A DNA stretch of 40,998 nucleotides from contig NC_057753.1 of the NCBI RefSeq assembly GCF_004010195.1, positions 9,955,750 through 9,996,747 on the forward strand, given 5' to 3'. Shown here one piece after another: positions 22,988-33,744 of the stretch. Origin of the DNA: Chiloscyllium plagiosum (lineage: Eukaryota). Under the pieces are notes generated by a model. The model was not told the DNA's origin and did not search any database. It worked only from the letters and a program-made list of their open reading frames with translations. Made by a program: the position numbers and the translations under genes. Within the stretch, counting starts at the first letter, position 1. Every line of letters begins with the position of its first letter.

Positions 22988-23265
22988 TCATAGAATCATA
23001 GAGATGTACAGCATAGAAAAGACCCTTCCATCCAACTCGTCCATGCTAACCAGGTATTCCAATTTAATCTTGTCCCACTTGCCAACACCCAGCCCATATC
23101 CCTCTAAACCCTCCCTATTCATATGCCCATCCAGATGTTTTTTAAATATTGCAATTGTACTGGCCTCCAACGCTTTCTCTGACAGCTCATTCCACACATG
23201 TAGTACTCTCTGCATGAAAATGTTGCCCCTTTAGGTCTCTCTTATATCTTTCACCTCTCACCCTG
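22988..23265 (-). mobile_element. CR1 LINE 3' tail
   Basis: QRVLHVWNEL…FKKHLD plus tail. Confidence 0.85.
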
Positions 23266-23269
23266 AAGA

Positions 23270-25408
23270 GATCAATCTGAGACTGGTGTTTTTGAGAAAA
23301 GAAGTGACGCAAACGGTCAGGGCAGGCAGGGACAAAGCAGAGAACAAGGTAGGACTGATAAATTAAACTGCATTTATTTCAGTGCAAGATGCCCGACACG
23401 GAAAACAGATGTATGGTTGGGACCGTGGGACTGGGATATCAGAGCAATTACAGAAACATGGATCAGGGTTGGACAGGACTGGCGCCTCAATATTCCAGGA
23501 TTCAAATGCTACAGGAAGGAGAGGAGGAGGAGGAGTGGCTTTTTTGATAACTGATAGCATTGATGCTGTATTCAGGGAGGATATTCCTGGAAATAAATCC
23601 AGGAAAGCTATTTGGGTGGATCTGAAAATAAGAAAGGGATGATCACCCTATTGGGATAGTATTATTGTTTTATAATAGTTAGTGGGAAATTGAAAAACAA
23701 ATTTGTCAGGACATCTGTTATCTGTAAAAATAATAGGGTAGTTATGGTCAGGGGGGTTTCGTTTTCCAAACTACCGTAGTGTTTCGGGTTTAGGTGGAGC
23801 AGAATTTAAGTGTGTGCAAGAAAATTTTCTGATTTCAGTATGTGGATGTACTGACTAGATAAGGTGCAAAACTTGACTTACTCTTGGGAAATAAGGCAGG
23901 GCAGGTGACTGAGGTGTCAGTGGGGGAGCTCTTTGGGGCCAGCGACCATAATTCTTTTAGATTTAAAATAATGAAAAAGGATAGACCAGATCTAAAAGTT
24001 GAAAAGCCAATTTTGACGGTATTAGGCAAGAACTTTCGAAATCTGATTGGAGGCAGATGTTCGCAGGTAAAGGGAAGCCGAGAAAATGGGAAGCCTTCAG
24101 AAAAGAGACAACGAGAATCCAGAGAAAGTATATTCCTGTTAGGGTGAAAGGAAAGGCTGGTAGGAATAGGGAATGCTTGATGACTAAAGAAATTGAGGGT
24201 TTGGTTAAGAAAAAGAAGGAAGCATATGTAAGGTGATCGAGAGAATCCTTAGAGTATAAAGGAAGTAGGAGTAAAATTAAGAGGGAAATCAGGAGGGCAA
24301 AAAGGGGACATAGCTTTGGTAAATAGAATTAAGGAGAATCCAAAGAGTTTTTACAAATACATTAAGGACAAAAGAGTGACTAGGGGGAGAATAGGACTCC
24401 TCAAAGACCAGCAAGGCAGCCTTTTGTGTGGAGCTGCAGAAAGTGGGAGAGATACTAAACAAGTATTTTGCATAAGTATTTACTGTGGAAAAGGATATGA
24501 AAGATGTAGACTGTAGGGAAATAGATGGTGACATCTTGAGAGGCCTGTGACCAGTGAAGTGCCACAAGGATCGGTGCTGGGCCCTTTACTTTTTGTCATT
24601 TACATAAATGATTTGGATGTGAGCATAAGAGGTACATTTAGTAAGTTTGCAGATGATACTAAAATTTGAGTGTAGTGGACAGTGAAGAGGGTTACCTCAG
24701 ATTACAACAGGATCTTGACCAGATGGGCCAATGAGCTAAGAAGTGGCAGATGGAGTTTAATTCAGATAAATGTGAGGTGCTGCATTTTGGGAAAGCAAAT
24801 CTTAGCAGGACTTGTACACTTAATGGTAGGGTCCTAGGGAGCGTTGCTGAACAAAGAGACCTTGGAGTGCAGGTTCATCACTCCTTGAAAGTGGAGTCGC
24901 AGGTAGATAGGATAGTGAAGAAGGCGTTTTGTATGCTTTATTGGTCAGAGTATTGAGTACAGGAGTTGGGAGGTCATGTTCCGGCTGTAGAGGGCATTGG
25001 TTCGGCCACTTTTGGAATGTTGTATGCAATTCTGGTCTCCTTCCTACTGGAAGGATGTTGTGAAACCTTTGAAAGGGTTCAGAAAAGATTTACAAGGATG
25101 TTTCCAGGGTTGGAGGAATCGAGCTATAGGGAGAGGCTGAATAGATTTAGGGTGAGAGGGGAAAGAAACAAGAGACCTAAGGGGCAACCTTTTCATGCAG
25201 AGGGTGGTACATGTATGGAGTGAGCTGCCAGAGGAAGTGGTGGAGGCTGGTACAATTGCAACATTTAAGAGGCATTTGGATGGGTATATGAATAGGAAGG
25301 GTTTGGAGGGATATGGGCCGGGCACTGGCAGATGGGACTAGATTGGGTTGGGATATCTGGTCAGCATGGATGGGTTGGACCGATGCTGTACATCTCTATG
25401 ACTCTATA
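23270..25408 (+). mobile_element. CR1/HER1 LINE ORF2 with large internal deletions
   Basis: [54 protein letters not shown], tail ctctatgactctat. Confidence 0.9.
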
Positions 25409-27070
25409 TGTAAAGTATAGACAGGATAGATTGAGTGAATCCTTAGACTATGAAAGCAGCAGGAGTATACTTGAGGGAAATCAGGAGAGTAAAAAGGGGG
25501 CATGAGATAGCTTTGGCAAGTAGAGTTAAGGAGAATCCAAATGGTGTTTGGATTCCCCCATCACTCCGAAAATACCTTGTCTATTTACCCTATCCATGCC
25601 CCTCATGTTTTTAAATCTCTACAAGGTTGCCCCTCAGCCTCTGACTCTCCAGGGAAAACAGCCCCAGTTTAGTCATCCTGTCCCTATAGCTCAAATCCTC
25701 CAACCCTGGCAACATTCTTGTAAATCTTTTCTGAGTCCTTTCAAAGTTTCACAACATTCTTCCAATACAAAGGCTACCAGAATTGCATGCAATATTCCAG
25801 AAGTGGCCGAACTGATGTCCTGTACAGCGGAAACATGCCCTCACAACTCTTGTACTCAATGCTGTGACCGTGCTCTGAAGGAAAGCATGCCAATTGCCGC
25901 CTTCATTATTCTGTCTACCTGCGACTCTACTTTTAAGGAGCTGTGAACCTGCACTCCAAGGTCTCTTTATTCAGCAACTATCCCTGGGACCTTACCATTA
26001 AGTGTTTAAGTCCTAAGATCAGCCAAAGATTTGACAATTGGATGAATTACCTTGGGCCAGAGTGTGGGGGTTTGGAATACCAGGTTGGGATGTGTAAACT
26101 TTTAATCCCATTAATTTCCCCACAACTACTCAGTTCCTTCAGTTCTGCTCTCAATGGACCATGTGTTCCCCAACATTTTGGGGATGTTACCTGGGCCTCC
26201 TTTGTGATGAACCATATGTGGTTAATTGGTCTGCCATCTCTTTGTTCCACATGAGAACTTTGCCTGTTTCTAACTGTAATTGTTTTCACCAATTCTTTTT
26301 TTTAGATTTCTTAAATCTAAATCCTTGCTTCAGATTTAAGTCCCCAGCCTCAGAATCAACTCTGCTACTCTCCACCTTTAATGACAGGTTCTCTCACTCA
26401 ATTCTTCGCTCTTCTCCGAGGGGCCTCTCACAGCTATGTTGCCAATTATTCCCTTCTCGTGAAGGAATTAACATTTTAGAATTAAATTGCCATTATCCAA
26501 CAGAATCACAGCCACTTTTGGAATATTGTGTGCAATTCTGGTCTCCCTCCTATCAGAAGGATGTTATGAAGCTTGAAAGGGTTCAGAAAAGATTTACAAT
26601 GACGTTGCCAGAAGGCCAAACAGACTGGGGCTGTTTCTCCTTGCATGCCAGAGGCTGAGGGGTGACGTTATAGACGTTTATAGAATCATGAGAGGCATGG
26701 ATAGGGTAAATCGACAGGACCTTTTCCTTAGGATCGGGGAATCCAGAGCTAGAGGGTAATAGGTTCAGGATGAGGCTGGTGATGCTGGGTTGTGGGGGGT
26801 GGTGATGGTGGGGGAGAGGATTTAAAGGGGACCTCAGGGGCAGCTTTTGCATGCAGAGGGTGGTGCGTGCAAGGAATGAGCTGCCAGAGGAAGTGGTGGA
26901 GGCTGGTACAATGACAGTGTTTAAAAGGCATCTGGATGGGTATATGAATTGGAAGGGAACAGAGGGGTATGGGCCAGGTGCTGGCAAACGGGACTGGATT
27001 AATTTTGGATATCCGGTCGGCATGGACAGGTTAGAGCAAAGGGACTATTGCTGTGCTGTATATCTCTATA
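25409..27070. mobile_element. Mosaic of CR1 fragments in both orientations
   Basis: Plus 25409-25545; minus 25546-26005; minus 26080-26500 (NKEMADQL, VGKLMGLK); plus 3' end 26510-27070. Confidence 0.75.
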
Positions 27071-27656
27071 GTTTGCCACGTCTGTATGTTCAGTTTCTCT
27101 CTGGTGTCGGTGTCAATGCCTTGATGTCTCATTCCGCTCCCACTTCCTGGGGACGTTAACCATTTTGTGTCTGAATATTTCTCAAGAAGCTGCTTTGCAG
27201 GTTCACCCGGAATTGACACTTTGTTTTGCTTCCCAAAATCACTCTCAGCAGTATCCCAATGTTGTGAAAGATGTTAACTTTCAGGTGGAGATATCCAAAT
27301 TTCAGTGATGTCGGTCTTGACATTTTTGGTTTTCTGCCCCTGTAAGATCTGTCTGACCTGCTGTGCTTTTCCAGCACCACACGTTTCGACACTGACTCTC
27401 CAGCGTCTGCAGTCCTCACTTTCACTGACTGTTAGACATTGACGTCAATCAATCAGGACTGCAACGATTCTGTGAGAAGGAGCAAAGCTTTTTGGTTCCT
27501 GTTTGAGTATGTTTTCAGCATCAGTAGGACTGGATGAGAGACCCTACTGTTGCAGCGCACGGAGTGTGGAGCCTGAAACAGTTATGCGGCCTGGAAAAAG
27601 AAGTTCATGGCAGGGAGTGGCTCAACACACGTTTGTGTGCGGCTGAAGCTTCGACC

Positions 27657-28049
27657 ATGAAGAGACCTGAGGAATCCCGCCCCGTGGAGAAACAGTGGAA
27701 GTGTGATGACTGTGGGGAAAGGTTTCTGTTTCCCATCTGTCCTGGACACCCATCGGTGCAGTCACACTGGGGAGAGGCCATTCTCCTGCCCTGAATGCAG
27801 AAAGGGCTTTACCCAGGTCTCCAACCTGCTGAAGCACCAGCAGGTCCACATGGAGGAGAGGCCCTTCAGCTGCCCCATGTGTGGGAAGGCTTTTACCTGG
27901 ACCTCCAAACTACAGACGCACCGGTGGGTCCACGGGAGGGGGGCGGGGGGGAGAGGCTCTTCAGCTGCCCCGAGTGTGGGAAGGTCTTCACCTGCTCCTC
28001 CCACCTGCAGAGGCACCAGTGAGTTCACGTGCCATCGCAGGGGGATTGA
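27657..28049 (+). pseudogene. C2H2 zinc-finger pseudogene (ZNF-C)
   Basis: ATG 27657 (MKRPEESRPVEKQWKCDDCG). Frameshift in the G-run near 27715, G-rich expansion at 27933-27951, CGA>TGA at 28020-28022, ancestral end HVPSQGD-TGA. The paralogous polyA signal reads AACAAA (28614-28619). Confidence 0.85.
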
Positions 28050-28669
28050 AGGTGTGATGGCCGAGTGCCATTATCGACTGGACTATCAACCCAGTTCCTG
28101 GGATTCCCGGGTTTGAATCCCACCGCGGCAGAAGGCGGGATTGGAAATCGGTCAGAAATCCGGAGTTCCAAATCTAATGATGAAACAAATTTGGGGATGG
28201 GGGGAGAAAACCCCATCTGATTCACTCAAGTCCTTTTTTAGGGAAAGAAGCTGCTGTTGCAGGAAAAGATTCACTCAGTCATCCCAGCTGCATCCTTTAC
28301 CTGGTCCGGCCAACATGAGTCCAAACCCACTGCAGTGTAGTTGACTCTACACTGGCCTTCTCCCGCCTGCACTGGCATATAAGTGGGGATAAACTTACTT
28401 GGATACAGGGTATGGATTGAAGTTGCTGAATGAGTCAAAATTTCCTACGGGTTCAGGCTGCACCAAGGATCCAATTGCAAAGGGACAACTCTGTGCTGAC
28501 CAATAGTAAAGGAAGTGGGGGGTGGGGGGAGTGTGTGCACTTTGACCTTGACCTGTTTAACAGAAAAAGCTACTTTCTCAATGCCTTTTTGCTGGGGGGA
28601 GATTTGAAACTGTAACAAAGTTGGGTCATGATAAAGGTTACCTAAACTTGCTGACAGGCTCAGACTCTC

Positions 28670-29085
28670 ATTGAATTGAATTGACTTTACTGTCATGCAT
28701 ATAGAGGCACAGTGAAGAGCTTTGTCTTGCGAGCAATACAGGCAGATCACATAGTTAAGTAGCATAGATAAGTAAATAAGAGCTAACCAGTGGCAAAAAT
28801 AAAAACAGGTACAGGTGAATGTTAAGCGTTTGTGAGTCCATTCAGTATTCTAACAACAATGGGGTAGGAATTGTTTCGAAACCGACTGATGCGTGTGTTC
28901 AGGCTTCAGTACCTTCTCCCTGATGGTAGAGGTTGTGGAAAAACATTGCCGGGTTGGGATGGAGTTTTGAGAATGCTGGCGGCTTTTCCTTGACAGCAGG
29001 CCTGGTAGATGGATTCTATAGATGGGAGGTTGGCCTTTGTGATTGTCTGGGCCGAGTTCATCACTCTCTGTAACCAATTCCGATC
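28670..29085 (-). mobile_element. Rex1/Babar-type LINE 3' end
   Basis: LQRVMNSAQTITKANLPSIESIY…PSQPGNVFPQPLPSGRRY C-terminal signature and (CAATT)n tail at 28670-28684. Confidence 0.75.
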
Positions 29086-30059
29086 TTGAATGGGATAATT
29101 GAAAGCTTTGAGCTCCAAGAGGTTTTTGTTTTGAAGCTGCTCATTTCTTTCAGCTTCCTGCACTAAGTTTCCAATGTCTTGCATCAGAAGGAGCAGTGAA
29201 TGAGTAGTTAATATCGTTAGAAATTGTAAATTTTTCAGGAGTGCAGGTATTGCATAGTTTCATCGGCATGGTAAAGTTTACTGGCAGCACCGGAAGGTGT
29301 GTGGGCTGTGTCCACTAGAANNNNNNNNNNNNNNNNNNNNNNNNNNNNNNNNNNNNNNNNNNNNNNNNNNNNNNNNNNNNNNNNNNNNNNNNNNNNNNNN
29401 NNNNNNNNNNNNNNNNNNNNNNNNNNNNNNNNNNNNNNNNNNNNNNNNNNNNNNNNNNNNNNNNNNNNNNNNNNNNNNNNNNNNNNNNNNNNNNNNNNNN
29501 NNNNNNNNNNNNNNNNNNNNNNNNNNNNNNNNNNNNNNNNNNNNNNNNNNNNNNNNNNNNNNNNNNNNNNNNNNNNNNNNNNNNNNNNNNNNNNNNNNNN
29601 NNNNNNNNNNNNNNNNNNNNNNNNNNNNNNNNNNNNNNNNNNNNNNNNNNNNNNNNNNNNNNNNNNNNNNNNNNNNNNNNNNNNNNNNNNNNNNNNNNNN
29701 NNNNNNNNNNNNNNNNNNNNNNNNNNNNNNNNNNNNNNNNNNNNNNNNNNNNNNNNNNNNNNNNNNNNNNNNNNNNNNNNNNNNNNNNNNNNNNNNNNNN
29801 NNNNNNNNNNNNNNNNNNNNAGTGAGGCTGTCAGGATGACTACGTGGGAAAAAGAGAAAGCTCGTCCAGTACTGAAGGTCAGACAATTAAAATTAGGAAA
29901 AATAAAGTTTTTTTACAGCAGCTACAATCCTGGTAGCTTATGTGAGAAATGCCTCAAGGTATTTGGATATTGTCAGAGACTGAGATCCAGGGTCTGAGCC
30001 ACACAACAAGTGGCAGGATGGACGGGGGAATGTAGACATGGGTTATGTCCCTACCATAC

Positions 30060-30930
30060 AGCCATAGAACTCAACAGCACGGAAACAGACTTTTCAGTCC
30101 AGCACGTCCATGTCGACCAGATATCCCAAATTGATGAGACCATTTCTGGAATACAGTGTTCAGCTCCAGTCTCTCTGCTTTGGGATGGATTTTACACTTA
30201 AACGATTCAGAAAAAGTTTACAAGGATGTTGCTAGGGTTGAAGGGTTTGTGGTAAAGGGAGAGGACGAATGGGCTGGGGCTGGTTTTCTCTGAAGCATCA
30301 AAGGTTGAGGGGTGACCTTATAGAGGTTAAAAAATCATGAGTGGTATGGATAGGGTGAATACCAGTGTCGTTTCCCCAGGGTGGGCGAGTCCAAAACTAG
30401 AGGGCATAGAGATAAGGTGAGAAGGAAAAGATTTAAAGATGCCGAAATGCCCTGAAACTCCTTCCCTTGGATTCACTCCCCCTTCCTTTGCTACAAGTGA
30501 ACAGACTGCCCCCACTCCCCCAGGATAAGGAATGGAAAGAGGGAGACATTGCTTTGTTCCCAGATGTTGTCCAGAGAGAGGGATTTTCCCTTTGAAACAG
30601 GTAGATAAAATAGTGAAGAACATGTTTGGTATGCCTTCCTTTTTTGGTCAGAGCTTTCAGTATAGGAGTTGGGAGGTCATGTTGTGGTTATACAGGACGT
30701 TGGTTAGGCCACTTTTGGAATATTGACTGCAATTATGGTCTCCTCCCTATGGGAAGGATGTTGTGAAACTTAAAGGGGTTCAGAAAAGATTTACAAGGAT
30801 GCTGCCAAGGTTAGAGGATTTGAGTTATAGTGAGAGGCTGAAAAGTCTGGGGCTATTTTCCCTGAAGCATCGCAGGCTGAGGGGTGGCCTTATAGGATTT
30901 TATAAAATCATGAATGGCATGGGTAGGGTA
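30060..30930. mobile_element. CR1 fragments
   Basis: Minus tail 30060-30130; plus pieces 30135-30440 and 30590-30930 (LVRPLLEY, VQKRFTRML). Confidence 0.75.
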
Positions 30931-31369
30931 GGAACACTGGGACACAGACTTTAACCTTACACCTTCAATGCATCATCTGAGCTGAGATGGCATCTAATGT
31001 TAAAGCTATCTTGAGAATGTAACTTTTAAAAAAGTTCTGGGATTTACATATGAAGGAACCAACACTAACCTGATCTTTTGAAAAGATGAAAGACTTAAGC
31101 TAAATTTTTTTAATACTACATTCTTGAACAATAGTCTTGTGTAACTCCGGGCAGCTGGCCAATGACAGACAAGCCGTTTGGAGCATGGGATGTCAGTACC
31201 TGTCACTGCAGCTCCTATTGGCTCCTTCAGGAAGTCCTCCATACACACTTAGGGCTATCTGGCTGCATGAGGGTTTTCAGGTTTGTATCCTGGATAATAT
31301 GTGATCAGCAGGCATCTGATAATCTACAGGAATTGCCACCTATGTTATGTTTCTTTAACTGTACTGACC

Positions 31370-31886
31370 GTGGGAAAGAAATCTGAAAGCAAATTATACA
31401 TCAACTTTTGACATAGCCACTTGATTCATTGGGACTAGAATATCAGCACCCATACCAATCGAGAAGAAATGTTTGTTTTTGTCTGCGTGAGAGATTTTGA
31501 ATACTGGTGTAGCAGGAAGAGCATTGAGACACAGATACCCAAGTGAGGAAGATTCAGAGCACTGACTGTGAAAGGCACTTTAATGATTTACTCAGCTTGG
31601 GGGATCAAAACCACACCACCAGAGACTGTTCACCTACTGTGTGTGCAAGAAGGATTCATTGATTCCTCCACCCTACTAACACACCAGCAGGTCCACACTG
31701 GGGAGAAACCATTCACCTGCCCGGAGTGCGGGAATGGATTCAGTCAGATGTGCAACTCTGTGGACACACCAGCGAATCCACACCGGGAAGAGGCCATTCA
31801 CCTACTGTCGGTGCAAGAAGAGCTTCATCAGTTCCTCCCACTTGCAGAGGCACCAGTGAGTTCATGTGCCATCACAGAGGGATTGA
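31370..31886 (+). pseudogene. Degenerate C2H2 zinc-finger last exon (ZNF-D)
   Basis: [23 protein letters not shown], then a frameshift, TGA at 31857-31859 and HVPSQRD-TGA end. The 5' boundary is approximate. Confidence 0.75.
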
Positions 31887-32175
31887 AGGACTGACGACCG
31901 CATGCCATTATCAATTGGATGATCAACCCAGTTCTGGGGACTCACTAGTTCGAATCCCGCCACGGCAGATGGCGGAATTGGAATTCAGTCAGAAATCTTG
32001 AGCCCAGAATTGGGGGGGTGGGAAAAGACATCTGATTCACTCATATCCTTTTTAGGGAAGGAAACTGTCATTATGGGAAAGGATTCACTCAGTCATCTCA
32101 GCTGCATCCTTTACCCAGTCTGGCCTACACGTGACTCTAGACCCACAGCAGTACAGTTGACTCTTGACGGCTCCT
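31887..32175 (+). mobile_element. tRNA-derived SINE (MetaSINE-like) forming the ZNF 3'UTR
   Basis: B box GTTCGAATCC ~31949 and core tttagggaaggaaa…ggcctacacgtgactctagacccacagca. Homologs at 28050-28350 (+), 1325-1607 (-) and 228-313 (-). Confidence 0.6.
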
Positions 32176-32217
32176 CCTCCCCCTGGCAAATGACTGGGGA
32201 GAAATTTACTTGAATGA

Positions 32218-32513
32218 TGCTACGGTGGCTCAGTGGTTAGCACTGCTGCCTCACAGCAACAGGGTCCCAGTTTCAATTCCAGCCTTGGGTGACTGTCTGT
32301 GTGGAATTTGCACATTCGCTCTGTATCCTCCGAATGCTCCGGTTTCCTCCCACAGTACAAAGAAGTGCAGGTCAGGTGAATTGGATGTGTTAAATTACCC
32401 ATTGTGCTAGGTGCATTAGTCCGAGAGAAATGGGTTTGCGTGGGTTACTCTGCGGAGGGTTGGTGTGGACTGGTTGGGCTGAAGGGCCTGTTCCACACTG
32501 TTGGGAATCTAAT
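32218..32513 (+). mobile_element. HE1-type V-SINE, diverged
   Basis: ggtggctcagtggttagcactgctgcctcacagc…ccggtttcctcccacag…gaagggcctgttccacactg…aatctaatc. Confidence 0.85.
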
Positions 32514-32874
32514 CATAGCTGAACCTAACCATATCCCTCTAAACCCATCCTATTCATATAACCATCCAGATTCCTATTAAACATTGTAAATGCACCAGCC
32601 TCCACCACTTCGTCTGGCAGCTCTTTCCGTACACACACCACCCTCTGTGCGAAAAAGCTGCCTCTTCGGACCATTTTAAATCTTTCTCCCCTCACCTTAA
32701 ACCGATTCCCTCCAGTTTACAACTTCATCTGCCCTGGTGAGAAGACTTACAAAAGTTGAGCAGCCAGACATAATGCAAAAAGAATACAACGTCGAGCCAC
32801 AGGGAAAAATAAAATTGTGGCTCCAGCCGTTTTTTCTCCTTTTGGTCTTTACATTCTTTAAATCTGTCAGTAAC

Positions 32875-33170
32875 AGTACTCACCAAAGTGCACACTGCGC
32901 ATGCTCTGAGGTGTCAGCAAGGAAGGCGTATGCTCTGAGGTGTCAGCAAAGACCGACATTTGTTCCTCGTTTTCCGAAGAACGGCAAGCGACTTCCTTTT
33001 GATGGACCAATGGGGAAGTCTGGAGGATCGGATGGAGATTGGTCCTCCTGCCATTTAGTGCACCCCTATTGTCCGAATGCAAAAGTGGGACAATGAGCTT
33101 CTGAAGCTGCTGTGAAGATTGAGCTTCACCCCAGACTGTAACTTCCTTCTTCTGTCCAACATCTGTGAGT
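32875..33170 (+). promoter_or_regulatory. Promoter/non-coding first exon candidate for a ZNF unit
   Basis: NRF1 TGCGCATGC 32896-32904, 29-bp-period duplication, CCAAT ~33007 and inverted ~33038, donor GTGAGT at 33165, opposite-strand donor at ~32878-32883. Confidence 0.5.
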
Positions 33171-33744
33171 ACAGCGCTCTCTTTTCTCACCCCCTTTTCT
33201 ATTTAGTTTTCATTCTGGTGTTCAATTATAGAGTCATAGAGATGTACAGCACGGAAATAGACCCTTCGGTCCAAATCGTCTGTGCAGGCCAGATATCGCA
33301 ACCTAATGTAGTCCCGCTTGCCAGCATCTAGCCTATATCCCTGTTCATATACAGTTGATTTGCAGTGACTGAAGGGAAAGGGAGTGATTCTCCTGGGTGG
33401 AGACAGACTCTGGAAATGTTGGATCAGGTCTGTGTCTCAATTGGCAAACACATAGCAAATGCAGTACCTCAATGTGAAACTATAGCCTTTGCTGTGAAAA
33501 AAACCCAGAAAAGAGGTGCATTGTTTAAATGTGATACAGAAGGTGAGGATTGCAAAGTGTGGCATTGGAAAAGTACAGCTGGTCAGGCAGCATGAGAGTT
33601 GATGTTTTGGGCACAAGCCCTTCATCAAGAATGATGTGTAGATGTATAATGGGACCTCAGTGTCCTTCTACACCAGTCAATGCCAGTTGTCAGACAGGTG
33701 CAGCCAGCAATCAGCAAGGCAAGTGGTATATTAACAAGAGGAAT

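Noticed and set aside
33600..33632. Functional hammerheads at 33600-33632, 2488-2526 and 3535-3568 (minus strand)
   Set aside because: Catalytic core nucleotides are mutated (TTGATGA…CAAAAC; CAGATGA; CTGAATA).
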